DNA from: an uncultured Planctomycetia bacterium
GTDB taxonomy: Bacteria; Omnitrophota; Gorgyraeia; Duberdicusellales; 4484-171
Assembly: GCA_964629655.1 (NCBI GenBank)
Contig: CAZVQU010000002.1
Span: forward strand, 524,878 to 588,877
Reading direction: 5' to 3'
Length of the DNA: 64,000 nucleotides
Numbering within the stretch: the stretch's first letter is position 1; the number at the start of each line of letters is the position of its first letter. Below are positions 29,344 through 39,295 of the stretch, one piece after another. The translations under genes were made by a program, and so were the position numbers. The notes under the pieces were generated by a model. That model saw only the letters and a program-made list of their open reading frames with translations, ran no database searches and was not told where the DNA came from.

Positions 29344-31790
29344 TCAAATTTCAATATCTCCCCTTTACGTGTTATCTTTATCTTTATGGTCTCGCCCTCT
29401 TTCCTGTCTTTCAACTTTTTACTAAAGCTTCCCTTTATTATATCCTCAGCTAAAGGATCCTCCAGGAACCTCTGGATAACTCTCTTTAAAGGCCGAGCTC
29501 CAAAGACCGGATCAAAACCCTTCTCAATAAAGAACTCTCTAGACTTAGGTGTTAACGCTACCTCAAAACCCTGTTCAACGATTCGTTGGTTTACATAGGA
29601 AATCTCAATATCTATTATCTTCTCTAGATTCTTCTTGGTTAGGGCCCTAAACACAGTGATCTCATCTAAGCGATTCAGAAACTCAGGCTTGAAGGTTTTT
29701 TTAACCTCTTCCATCAGCACACTCTTCATCTGGTCATGGCTAATGTCCTCGCTGACTTCCTTGAAGCCTAAAGAACCTTTCTTTCTTATAACTTCAGCTC
29801 CGACATTAGAGGTCATAATAAGAATTGTGTTGCGAAAATCAACTCTTCGGCCATAGCTGTCAGTAAGCCTTCCCTCTTCTAAAATTTGTAATAAGAGGTT
29901 AAAGACATCTGGATGAGCCTTCTCGATTTCATCTAGAAGAACTACTGAATATGGCCGGCGCCTTACCCTCTCAGTCAACTGGCCACCCTCTTCGTAACCG
30001 ACATATCCCGGAGGAGCACCAATTAAACGCGAGACATTAAACTTCTCCATATACTCACTCATGTCTAATTGAATTAGGGCCTCTTCATTACCAAACATAA
30101 ACTCTGCTAAAGCCCGAGCCAGGAGAGTCTTGCCTACACCAGTCGGGCCTAAAAACATGAATGAACCTATCGGCCGACGTGGCTCTTTTATCCCGGCCCT
30201 AGCTCTTTTAACTGAACGGGAAATTGCATCAATTGCTTCACTCTGGCCGACTACTCTTGAAACCAGCTCTTCCTCTATCTTCATCAGCTTAGCTGATTCT
30301 CTCTCTTCTAATCGATAAATAGGCACTCCGGTAATCTGAGATACTAACTGGGCGATCTCTTCTTCTCCTACCTCAGGAGTAATTTGGTCTCTCTTCTTGC
30401 CCCACTCTTTTCTTAAGCCTTCTAATTTAATCCGCAGGGTCTTTTCCTCATCTCTTAAGCGAGCAGCTTTTTCAAAGTCCTGTTGTTTTATCAAGGCTTC
30501 TTTCTCAGTAACTATATTAGTCAACCTCTCTTCTAGCTCCTTTATTTCATTAGGGGCAGTCAGGACTGAGAGGCGCGACTTTGCTCCGGCTTCATCAATT
30601 AAGTCTATGGCTTTATCAGGAAGAAACCTTCCTGAAATATACCTATCGCTTAGCTTAGCCGCAGCTTGGAGTGCTTCATCAGCAAACTTTACCCGGTGAT
30701 GAGCTTCATACTTATCTCTTAGGCCAGATAAAATCTTTACTGCCTCCTCAACCGTATTAGCCTCAACAAATATCGGCTGGAATCTCCTCTCTAGAGCTGA
30801 ATCTTTCTCAATATGTTTTCGATACTCATCAAGAGTAGTCGCTCCCACACATTGAATTTCACCGCGAGAAAGAGCAGGCTTCAAGATATTCGAAGCGTCA
30901 ATTGCTCCTTCGGCAGCCCCGGCTCCTACTAGAGTATGCATCTCATCGATGAAAATGATAACATCCTTAGAACGCTTTATCTCTTCCATAACTGCTTTTA
31001 TTCTCTCTTCGAATTGGCCACGGTATTTTGTACCGGCGATCATCAAAGCTAAATCCAAAACTACTATCCTCTTTTCTCTTAAAACCTCGGGGACATCGCC
31101 CTTAACTATATCCTGGGCTAACCCTTCAACTATAGCGGTCTTGCCTACGCCAGCTTCTCCCAGGAGAACCGGATTATTCTTGGTCCGCCGAGATAAGATT
31201 TGAATAACCCTTTCTATCTCCGCCTTTCTTCCAATTACCGGATCGAGTTTTCCTTCTTTAGTTAACTTAGTCAAATCCCGGCCAAAAGAATCCAGAGCCG
31301 GAGTCTTTGAGGCAGTTTGATTACTGCTGCTTCCGGTAGGTTGTGGATGAGCGCTCCCGCCTAGGAGGACAGATATCTCTTTTCTTACTCCCTTTAAATC
31401 TACTCCGGCTGAAAACAGTACTTGAGAGGCAGCTCCCTCTTCTTCACGTAATAGACCTAAAAGTATGTGCTCGGTTCCGATGTAATTATGGCTTAAGCCC
31501 CGGGCTTCTTCTGCGGCAAGCTCTAAAGCCTTTTTTGACCGGGGAGTAAAAGGGATATCGCCAAGAACCGAGCCTACGCTTCCGGCTGAAACTAACTTTT
31601 CAATCTCAATCCTTAAACGTTCTAGATCTACTCCTAAATTTTGCAAAACCGCACAAGCCACTCCTTCTCCTTCTCGAATTAAACCTAAGAGTACATGTTC
31701 GGTTCCGATATAATCATGGTTAAATCTACGGGCTTCTTCTTTTGCTAAAACTAAAACTTTTCTTGCTCTTTCAGTGAATCGATTAAACAT
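29340..31790 (-). CDS. clpC: ATP-dependent Clp protease ATP-binding subunit ClpC
   Basis: Two Clp_N repeats, AAA1 Walker A GEAGVGKTA, UVR coiled-coil, AAA2 GPTGVGKTLLA; 816 aa. Confidence 0.9.
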   Translation of the reverse strand: MFNRFTERARKVLVLAKEEARRFNHDYIGTEHVLLGLIREGEGVACAVLQNLGVDLERLRIEIEKLVSAGSVGSVLGDIPFTPRSKKALELAAEEARGLSHNYIGTEHILLGLLREEEGAASQVLFSAGVDLKGVRKEISVLLGGSAHPQPTGSSSNQTASKTPALDSFGRDLTKLTKEGKLDPVIGRKAEIERVIQILSRRTKNNPVLLGEAGVGKTAIVEGLAQDIVKGDVPEVLREKRIVVLDLALMIAGTKYRGQFEERIKAVMEEIKRSKDVIIFIDEMHTLVGAGAAEGAIDASNILKPALSRGEIQCVGATTLDEYRKHIEKDSALERRFQPIFVEANTVEEAVKILSGLRDKYEAHHRVKFADEALQAAAKLSDRYISGRFLPDKAIDLIDEAGAKSRLSVLTAPNEIKELEERLTNIVTEKEALIKQQDFEKAARLRDEEKTLRIKLEGLRKEWGKKRDQITPEVGEEEIAQLVSQITGVPIYRLEERESAKLMKIEEELVSRVVGQSEAIDAISRSVKRARAGIKEPRRPIGSFMFLGPTGVGKTLLARALAEFMFGNEEALIQLDMSEYMEKFNVSRLIGAPPGYVGYEEGGQLTERVRRRPYSVVLLDEIEKAHPDVFNLLLQILEEGRLTDSYGRRVDFRNTILIMTSNVGAEVIRKKGSLGFKEVSEDISHDQMKSVLMEEVKKTFKPEFLNRLDEITVFRALTKKNLEKIIDIEISYVNQRIVEQGFEVALTPKSREFFIEKGFDPVFGARPLKRVIQRFLEDPLAEDIIKGSFSKKLKDRKEGETIKIKITRKGEILKFE

Positions 31791-32859
31791 CTTCTCCTCC
31801 TAACTTCTTCCTTAGAATTTCTGCTCTTATATAATCTCTTTCTCTCTCTTTTAATGACTTTGACTCTATTTTTTGCAAATGTGCCGGTTGAATTATAATA
31901 AAAAGACTATTTATTACCTCTCGACCCCGGCCTTTTGAGGATAAATCCGTATTTTTAATTATACCTAAATCTAACCCTAAACACAAGACAGAAAGGTGGC
32001 TTAAGGCCTCTCGGCTACTAATTAACCGGCTATTTCTCAAAATCCCTAAAGCTCTCCAAACGCTATCCTCAAGACTTATCTTGTGTTTCTTAAGCAGAGT
32101 ATTGCGAGCGTCGTTCTCTTGAGCTTTAACTTGATTTACTACCCCGATTAAATTATCAATCAGCTCTGTCTCGGAAAGTCCCAGGCTGGCCTGATTGGAA
32201 ATCTGGAAAAAGTTCCCGAGAGCTTGAGTCCCTTCGCCAAATAACCCCCGGGTAGTAAATGATATCCGGGTTAACAATTCTAATATCTTGTTTATCCGTT
32301 TAGTAAGAGTAAGTGCCGGCAAATGCAACATACACGATGCCCTTAGAGCCGTACCGACATTGGTAGGACAAGCAGTTAAATAGCCTAGATCAGATAAAAA
32401 AGAAAAAGGAATCTTCTTGGCTAAATCCTTGTCAATCTCCTCTGATATCTGCCAACACTTCTTTAAATCAAAGCCTGAAAGTATGACTTGGGAACGAAGA
32501 TGATCCTCTTCGTTAATCATAATTGAAATCTTCTCATCGCCTGATGCTATCAAGCCCTTCTCCTTACTGGCAACAGCATGCTCCTGGCTTATTAAGTGCC
32601 GCTCAAGCAAAAACTGACTATCCAAAGCACTCAGCTCAGCCATATTCACAAAAGTGCTGTTTTTTAACCTATTCACCTGGGGATAAGCTTCTCTTACCTT
32701 ATCCAAAACTTCCTTTTTTTGAGCATTGTTTGCCCGAGAAGGAAACGGCAAGTCGGTAATATTGCGAGCTAGACGAACTCGGGAAGAGAAGACTATCTCA
32801 GCCTCCGGCCCCTTACCATTTAGCCAACCATCCTTGTTTTTAAGAAAATATTCAAACAT
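31783..32859 (-). CDS. mcsB: protein-arginine kinase McsB
   Basis: Phosphagen-kinase C-terminal domain with CPTNVGT motif; located between mcsA and clpC. Confidence 0.85.
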   Translation of the reverse strand: MFEYFLKNKDGWLNGKGPEAEIVFSSRVRLARNITDLPFPSRANNAQKKEVLDKVREAYPQVNRLKNSTFVNMAELSALDSQFLLERHLISQEHAVASKEKGLIASGDEKISIMINEEDHLRSQVILSGFDLKKCWQISEEIDKDLAKKIPFSFLSDLGYLTACPTNVGTALRASCMLHLPALTLTKRINKILELLTRISFTTRGLFGEGTQALGNFFQISNQASLGLSETELIDNLIGVVNQVKAQENDARNTLLKKHKISLEDSVWRALGILRNSRLISSREALSHLSVLCLGLDLGIIKNTDLSSKGRGREVINSLFIIIQPAHLQKIESKSLKERERDYIRAEILRKKLGGEDV

Positions 32860-33382
32860 CCTTCTTGGGATTTAATTTTTTTCTTTTCTTGCCTAATTCT
32901 TTTATTTGGTCTCTTAGCTTAGCAGCCTCTTCATACTCCTCAAGCTGGATAGCCCGACGCAGACGCTGATGCAATTCAGCAACCTTTAGTTGGCCGGAAA
33001 CCTTCTTGTCTAAACTAACCGGAGCCTTACCGGTATGAGTAGTCGCGCTATGAATTTTTTTTAACAAAGGCAGAAGAAATCTACGAAAAGTCTCATAGCA
33101 TTTTCCGCAACCCAGCCTCCCTGTTTTCTTAAAATCCTCATAGCTAAGACCACAAGAAGGACACCTTAATAAACCACGCTCAGAGGGCAAACTGCCTACC
33201 ATATCAGCAAGACTACCGAGAAAACCGGATATGTTAAGATGCTTATTCAGCTCATTAGTCTTAGCCTGAGCACAAACCTGACAAATATGCATCTCAACAA
33301 CCTTGTCGTTAATAATCTCGGTGAGATGGACTGTAGCATTAGTTTTATTGCAGATGTCACAAACCATATTTCTCCCTTTCAT
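32852..33382 (-). CDS. mcsA: McsA (zinc-finger plus UVR-domain activator of McsB)
   Basis: CDICN...CQVC and CPSCG...CGKC zinc fingers; C-terminal UVR motif (EEAAKLRDQI). Confidence 0.75.
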   Translation of the reverse strand: MKGRNMVCDICNKTNATVHLTEIINDKVVEMHICQVCAQAKTNELNKHLNISGFLGSLADMVGSLPSERGLLRCPSCGLSYEDFKKTGRLGCGKCYETFRRFLLPLLKKIHSATTHTGKAPVSLDKKVSGQLKVAELHQRLRRAIQLEEYEEAAKLRDQIKELGKKRKKLNPKKDV

Positions 33383-34257
33383 TAAAGAGTATACTTAACC
33401 CCTCCGGTCTTAATAACCTTCTGGAATTCCTTCATCATTATCTTAGTAGTCTTACCGGGCTTAGCATCACCGATTGCCCTGCCGTCAACCCTTACTACCG
33501 GAACAATTTCAGCCGCAGTTCCGGTTAAGAAACACTCATCGCTGATAAAAAGTTCGTGACGGGTAAGCACATGTTCATGAGTAGGTATCTTCTTTTTTCT
33601 GGCAATATCTAATACCGTATCGCGAGTGATACCCCTTAAAGTCCCCATGCATTGAGGCGGAGTATAGAGTTCTCCCTTCTTAACTACGAAGATATTATCT
33701 CCGGTACACTCAGCAACATACCCTAAGTGATCAAGCATCAAAGCTTCCTGGCAGCCAGAGTTTATAGCCTCGATCTTAGCTAATATATTATTCAGATAGT
33801 TTAAGGATTTTATTTGCGGATTTAGAGCCTCGCAGATATTCCTTATGGTCGGAACAGTAATTATCTCCATACCTTTATCGTATAATTTCTTGGGATAAAA
33901 GTTGATTTTATCGGTAATTATAACTACTGTCTCATGACCTTTGCACTTTCTGGGGTCCAAGCCTAGATCACCTTGACCTCGGGAGACTACTACCCGAATA
34001 TAGGCATCTTTTAGACCGTTAGCTTTAAGGGTCTTGATTACAGCCTGGACCATCTCCTTTTTAGAGAAAGGAATCTTTAGCATAATCGAATGAGCTGATT
34101 CGAATAATCTATCGATATGCTCCTTTAGTTTAAAGACTAAAGAGCTATAAGAACGTATTCCTTCGAATACGCCATCTCCGTATAAAAACCCATGGTCAAA
34201 TACCGAAATTTTTGCATCTTTTTTATCTACCAGCTCTCCGTTCAAATAAATCTTCAT
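33382..34257 (-). CDS. ilvE: branched-chain amino acid aminotransferase (class IV PLP fold)
   Basis: DHGFLYGDGVFEG N-terminal motif; class IV aminotransferase length (291 aa). Confidence 0.8.
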   Translation of the reverse strand: MKIYLNGELVDKKDAKISVFDHGFLYGDGVFEGIRSYSSLVFKLKEHIDRLFESAHSIMLKIPFSKKEMVQAVIKTLKANGLKDAYIRVVVSRGQGDLGLDPRKCKGHETVVIITDKINFYPKKLYDKGMEIITVPTIRNICEALNPQIKSLNYLNNILAKIEAINSGCQEALMLDHLGYVAECTGDNIFVVKKGELYTPPQCMGTLRGITRDTVLDIARKKKIPTHEHVLTRHELFISDECFLTGTAAEIVPVVRVDGRAIGDAKPGKTTKIMMKEFQKVIKTGGVKYTL

Positions 34258-34300
34258 CGATTACCTCCTTTAATGCCTACAAAGCCACTTCCAGCAAACC

Positions 34301-34966
34301 TCACTCGATCTCACCGTCTTTAATAAATACCCTGTTCTTAGCACACTTAGCTAACTCTAAATTGTGAGTAACTAAAATTATTGTCTTATTCTTTTCTTTA
34401 TTTAACTTATTGAATAGAGTGACTACTTTTTCCTGAGATTCTTTATCCAGATTTCCCGTAGGTTCATCGCAAAGAATAACCTCAGGGTCATTAACCAAAG
34501 CCCGAGCCAAGGCCACTCTCTGCTTTTGCCCTCCGCTTAACTGCGAAGGAAAAGCCTTCTTCTTATCCTCTATCCCTAAGTATTTTAACAAGTCTTCTAT
34601 GGTTTTTAAAGAGTATTTTCGTCTATTTAAATCCAGGGCTAAAGTAATGTTTTCAAGGATATTTAACTCCTCTATAAGGTGATAAAACTGAAAAACAAAC
34701 CCGATATGCTTATTTCTCCATATTGAGAGCTCTTTGTCCTTCATTTTGTAGATATTTCTGCCCTTAAAAAGCACCTGGCCCCTGGTAGGAGAATCTAAAC
34801 CACCTAAGCTATGAAGCAAGGTAGACTTGCCTGCTCCCGAAGGGCCAACTATAGCCAGGTAATTTCCGGACTCAAGAGATATTGACACTGCCTTTAAAGC
34901 CTGAATTTTCTCCTCGCCGCTACAATACTCTTTGGTTAAAGAATTTACTTTAAATAACTCACTCAT
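34301..34966 (-). CDS. ABC transporter ATP-binding protein (LolD/MacB/FtsE-like)
   Basis: Walker [10 protein letters not shown]; signature [14 protein letters not shown]; Walker B ILCDEPT. Confidence 0.8.
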   Translation of the reverse strand: MSELFKVNSLTKEYCSGEEKIQALKAVSISLESGNYLAIVGPSGAGKSTLLHSLGGLDSPTRGQVLFKGRNIYKMKDKELSIWRNKHIGFVFQFYHLIEELNILENITLALDLNRRKYSLKTIEDLLKYLGIEDKKKAFPSQLSGGQKQRVALARALVNDPEVILCDEPTGNLDKESQEKVVTLFNKLNKEKNKTIILVTHNLELAKCAKNRVFIKDGEIE

Positions 34967-36116
34967 AACGTAAAGCCTCGGAAGGCTGCATTCTGGCTGC
35001 TCTCATTGCCGGAACCAAGCTAAAGATAAAAGATAAAACTATTCCAACTAAAACGATCAAACCGACATCCCGGTAATTTATTGCCATTGGCAAGTACTCA
35101 ATGTAGTAAATCTCCTGGGGTAACTTTATGAAAGGAAATTTCTCTAAGCCGATGCACAGGCCTAAACCTAAAACTGTCCCTGATAAGGTACCGATAAATC
35201 CTAAGAGCAGGCCTTGTAAGCTAAATATTCTTGAAATCCTCTTGCGGGTAAAACCTAAAGATTTTAAAATTCCAATATCTTTAGTCTTCTCTACTACCCC
35301 TACAGTCAGAGTAGCAAAGATATTAAAAGCAGCGACTAGGATAATTAGGCTTAGAATAATAAACATTACTAACTTCTCCAGCTGCAAGGCTGAGAAAAAG
35401 GCCTGATTAGACTCCATCCAGGTAGATACGAACACGTCCTGGCCAAATTCAGCTGATATCTTGTTCTTGATTTGGGAAGCCTTATAAGGATCATTTATCC
35501 TTACCCCCAAAAAGAGAAGGTAATTAGAAGAGAGACTTTTGGCATTCTCTAAGCCAGTGATAAGGTAATTGTTATCAATATCATAGAGGCCGACCTTAAA
35601 AGTTCCTCTTACAGCTGCCTCTTGCAATTGCATTTTTTTCTTCAGGGGGTAGAACTCTATTTTATCTAAAATAAAAAACCTTCTCCTTAAGCCTTCACCG
35701 ACAAAAAAGCCCTCAGAGGCTGTTTCTCTAGTAATGTATTGATAGACCATTTGACTCTCTCCTTTATCTTGAAAGTCAACTCCCTTAACTGCTAAAGGAA
35801 GCACTAGCTTGTCAAACTTAGCAAAAACTTGGGTCTGAAGCGATATTGATGCAGTTTCCACATCTTCCCAAGTCTCTAGCTTTTTTTCAATTTCCGGTAA
35901 CTGCTCCTGATCTAGGCACTCTATAGTTAAATGCTGATTAAAACGCATTAACCGATCCATTAAGTCTCGGTCAAAACCGTTCATTACCGAGATAACTACG
36001 ATTAAAGTAGCTACGCCTAGAGCGATGCCTAAGCAAGAGACGATTCCGATAAAGGAAACATGCCTAGCTTTTCCGCGAAAAAGATAGCGCCGTGCCAGAA
36101 ATAGTTCAGGTATCAT
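34959..36116 (-). CDS. ABC transporter permease with FtsX/MacB-like periplasmic domain (LolC/E-like)
   Basis: 4 TM helices with a large periplasmic loop after TM1; FtsX-type C-terminal TM bundle. Confidence 0.75.
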   Translation of the reverse strand: MIPELFLARRYLFRGKARHVSFIGIVSCLGIALGVATLIVVISVMNGFDRDLMDRLMRFNQHLTIECLDQEQLPEIEKKLETWEDVETASISLQTQVFAKFDKLVLPLAVKGVDFQDKGESQMVYQYITRETASEGFFVGEGLRRRFFILDKIEFYPLKKKMQLQEAAVRGTFKVGLYDIDNNYLITGLENAKSLSSNYLLFLGVRINDPYKASQIKNKISAEFGQDVFVSTWMESNQAFFSALQLEKLVMFIILSLIILVAAFNIFATLTVGVVEKTKDIGILKSLGFTRKRISRIFSLQGLLLGFIGTLSGTVLGLGLCIGLEKFPFIKLPQEIYYIEYLPMAINYRDVGLIVLVGIVLSFIFSLVPAMRAARMQPSEALRYE

Positions 36117-37530
36117 TAGGTAACGGTTTAAGGAGAGGAAAGAGAATTACATCCCTTATCGAAGGTTGATTAAGCAGAAGCATTACCAGCCTATCCATGC
36201 CTATTCCCAAGCCAGTAGCCGGAGGCATTCCATATTCTAAGCTAAGCAAGAAGTCATTGTCGATTTTCTTGGGCAGCTCCTCTTCTACTTTTAATTGTTT
36301 ATTAAAACGTGCTTTTTGCTCGAGGGGGTCATTTAACTCTGAGTAGGCATTAGCGACCTCAAGCCCTCCGATAAATAATTCAAACCTTTCCACTATACAA
36401 GGATTATCTTTTTTCTGCTTAGCTAAAGGAGAAGTCCAGGTGAAGAAATCAGTAATAAACGCCGGCTTATCGGCAGGATAGTTTTTCTCAACCAGCTCCT
36501 CAGTTATATTAAGAATTTGGCTGCGGCTTAAGCCTTTAGCCAGTTTGAGCTTCTTGCTTATCTTTTCTAACATTACTTCCTGAGAATCGCTTGTCTTTAT
36601 CTCAAATTCCTTATTGAAAAGCTCGGCAAAAGAAATTCTCTGCCAAGGTGGAGTAAAATCTATTTTTTTTCCTTGAAATTCTAAGATTAATGAAGAATTC
36701 ATCTCTTGAGCCAGATAGGAGAATAGATCTTCACAAACCTTCATCATATGCTCATAATTCTCATAAGCGCAATAGGCCTCAAGCATAGTAAACTCAGGAT
36801 TATGCCTGGTAGAAACCCCCTCATTGCGAAAGCTTCTATTTATCTCGTATATTTTTTCCAAGCCTCCGACTAAAAGACGCTTTAAATAAAGCTCAGGGGC
36901 AATTCTAAGATAGACATCGCTGTTAGTAGCATTATGAAAGGTTTCAAAAGGCCGGCCAGCTGCTCCACCGGCAATTTGATGCAGCATTGGGGTCTCAACC
37001 TCCATGTACTTAAGACGGTTGAAGAAATCTCTGGTTAGAGAGATTATCTTTGAACGCTTCATAAAGACTTCTCTAACTTCAGGGTTAGAGATTAGATCAA
37101 GATAGCGCTGGCGATACCTCACCTCTACATCTTTTAATCCATGCCATTTCTCCGGTAGAGGCCGAAGGGCCTTAGCTAGAAGTTTGATTTCACTAACTAA
37201 TATTGTTGACTCACCGGTACGGGTAGTAAACAATTTACCCTTAACGCCGATGATATCTCCGATATCGATTTCCTTGAAAAGCTGGAAAATTTCACCCAAA
37301 CTATTAGCCTGAGCATAAATCTGTATTTTCCCGGTATGATCACTAATATGAGCAAAACCGGACTTACCATGCTCACGCTTGGTAACCAACCTTCCGGCAA
37401 CTGAAGCCTCTTTCTCCTCTTTGAAAGAATCTAGAATCTCCTTGATGGCCAAAGGCTTAGGAAAATCGGTCACCTCAAAAGGAAAACCGAACTTCTCTGA
37501 GATCCTCTTTAGTTTTTCTTCTGCTTCCAT
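36106..37530 (-). CDS. lysS: lysyl-tRNA synthetase (class II)
   Basis: N-terminal OB anticodon-binding domain; motif 2 FRNEG; motif 3 GLGIGMDRLVMLL. Confidence 0.9.
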   Translation of the reverse strand: MEAEEKLKRISEKFGFPFEVTDFPKPLAIKEILDSFKEEKEASVAGRLVTKREHGKSGFAHISDHTGKIQIYAQANSLGEIFQLFKEIDIGDIIGVKGKLFTTRTGESTILVSEIKLLAKALRPLPEKWHGLKDVEVRYRQRYLDLISNPEVREVFMKRSKIISLTRDFFNRLKYMEVETPMLHQIAGGAAGRPFETFHNATNSDVYLRIAPELYLKRLLVGGLEKIYEINRSFRNEGVSTRHNPEFTMLEAYCAYENYEHMMKVCEDLFSYLAQEMNSSLILEFQGKKIDFTPPWQRISFAELFNKEFEIKTSDSQEVMLEKISKKLKLAKGLSRSQILNITEELVEKNYPADKPAFITDFFTWTSPLAKQKKDNPCIVERFELFIGGLEVANAYSELNDPLEQKARFNKQLKVEEELPKKIDNDFLLSLEYGMPPATGLGIGMDRLVMLLLNQPSIRDVILFPLLKPLPNDT

Positions 37531-37596
37531 AACTTATAGATTATATATAATATATCTATTACTGTCAAATTAAATCCCTGCTTACCTATATTAACC

Positions 37597-38505
37597 CTAA
37601 TTAAACAAATGACAATAGACAAAGTGGCCGGGCTCAACCTCTTTTCTTATAGATTCCTGCTTGCATTCAGGTTTTTTAAGCCGACAGCGCGAGAAAAAAG
37701 GACAACCGTCAAGACGATCAATATCTTCTTTTAAGTATTTTAGCTTCTGCTGAGAAGCTTGTTTTAGTAATTTGGTGTAAGGATGAAGCGGATTATCATA
37801 GATTAAATTCCTGGGGCCATATTCCATGATTTTGCCCCGGTACATAATAAAGCAATAGTGAGATATCTTCTTTAATAATTTAAGGTTATGAGAGATAAAC
37901 AGAAAAGTTACTCCTAACTCTTTCTGCAACTTAATCAACAGCTTCATAATTTTAGAAGCTGTTGTAACATCTAGGCTCGATGTTGGCTCATCAAGAATCA
38001 CTAACGGCGGCCGGTTAATAAGGCTACGAGCGATACAAACTCTTTGAATTTGTCCGCCGCTTAGCTGATGCGGTACTCTCTCGGTTACATCCTCATCTAG
38101 TTCCACCTCGGCTAAAGCTTTTTTAATAAGCGCTCTGCTTTCGGATTTGGTTATTTTTTTATAAACAGTTAAAGCCTCATATAAAGAATAAAATATAGTA
38201 CAGCGGGGATCAAGGCTGGCAAAAGGATTTTGAAAAACAATCTGAATATTCTTACGTATGACTTTCTGGTCCCTTGGCAAGGCTATATCCTTGTCCTTAA
38301 AATAAATGTTCCCTGCTTTAGGCCGATAAAACCCTAAGATTGTCTTAGCTAAGGTAGTCTTACCGCAACCACTTTCGCCGGCTAGAGAAGTCACTAACCC
38401 CTTTTTTAAAAAGACGTCTACCCCATCTAAAGCCTTAACAGTCTTGCCTTTCTGCAAGAAATGAACCTTTAGGTTCTCTGTAGTTAAAATTTTATAATCC
38501 TCCAT
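37597..38505 (-). CDS. oligopeptide/dipeptide ABC ATP-binding protein (OppF/DppF-like)
   Basis: Walker A GESGCGKTT; signature LSGGQIQRVCIARS; C-terminal oligopeptide-ABC extension with Cys cluster. Confidence 0.8.
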   Translation of the reverse strand: MEDYKILTTENLKVHFLQKGKTVKALDGVDVFLKKGLVTSLAGESGCGKTTLAKTILGFYRPKAGNIYFKDKDIALPRDQKVIRKNIQIVFQNPFASLDPRCTIFYSLYEALTVYKKITKSESRALIKKALAEVELDEDVTERVPHQLSGGQIQRVCIARSLINRPPLVILDEPTSSLDVTTASKIMKLLIKLQKELGVTFLFISHNLKLLKKISHYCFIMYRGKIMEYGPRNLIYDNPLHPYTKLLKQASQQKLKYLKEDIDRLDGCPFFSRCRLKKPECKQESIRKEVEPGHFVYCHLFN

Positions 38506-38509
38506 CGGC

Positions 38510-39295
38510 TTATCCTTCTAACTGGGAAAATGAGTCTAGCAAACTCTTAGTGTAATCATCTTGGGGATTTGCAAATAGCTCTTCTCTTGGCTTTATCTCT
38601 CTGACCCTGCCCTGATAAAGAACTACCACCCGATCACACAAGGTTTTTACCAAATCAAGGTTGTGGGTGATAAAAATTATAGTTAGTTTAAGTTCATCTC
38701 TTAGCTCTTTGAATAAATGAACTATCTGACTTTCAATAGTTACATCCAAAGAACTTGTAGGTTCATCAGCGATTAATATAGTCGGCTTTAAAGCTATGGC
38801 TACGGCAATAGCTATCCTCTGCAATTGCCCGCCGCTTAACTGATGCGGATAACTCTTTAATATTCTCTCCGGCTCTCTGACTCTAGTTTTTTCTAAGCAA
38901 TCAAAAATGATTTTTTCTCTCTCACCTTTACTGTTTATATTTAATTTGCTTTGAAGAATCTCTTGGAATTGATAACTAATGCTTAAGACCGGGTTAAAGG
39001 TACTAGCCGGCTCTTGAAAGATTAGACCGATTTGATTGCCCCTTAAGATTTCTGATTCTTTTTCTTCTGCTTTGAAGATATTTTTGTTCTGAAAAATTAT
39101 CTGACCCTCGGCCTTGCTGTCAGAAGGGAGAAGATTCAAAATTGAAAGGGCAAGAGTGCTCTTTCCGCTGCCGGATTCACCGACTATACCTAAGATTTCA
39201 CCCTCTTTAACTGTCCAGCTAACCTTCTTTAGGGCATCAACGTATTTGGTTTTGCTCTTGTAAGAGACCCTTAAATCTTTTACCTCTAAAATCAT
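38510..39295 (-). CDS. oligopeptide/dipeptide ABC ATP-binding protein (OppD/DppD-like)
   Basis: Walker A GESGSGKST; signature LSGGQLQRIAIAVA. Confidence 0.8.
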   Translation of the reverse strand: MILEVKDLRVSYKSKTKYVDALKKVSWTVKEGEILGIVGESGSGKSTLALSILNLLPSDSKAEGQIIFQNKNIFKAEEKESEILRGNQIGLIFQEPASTFNPVLSISYQFQEILQSKLNINSKGEREKIIFDCLEKTRVREPERILKSYPHQLSGGQLQRIAIAVAIALKPTILIADEPTSSLDVTIESQIVHLFKELRDELKLTIIFITHNLDLVKTLCDRVVVLYQGRVREIKPREELFANPQDDYTKSLLDSFSQLEG

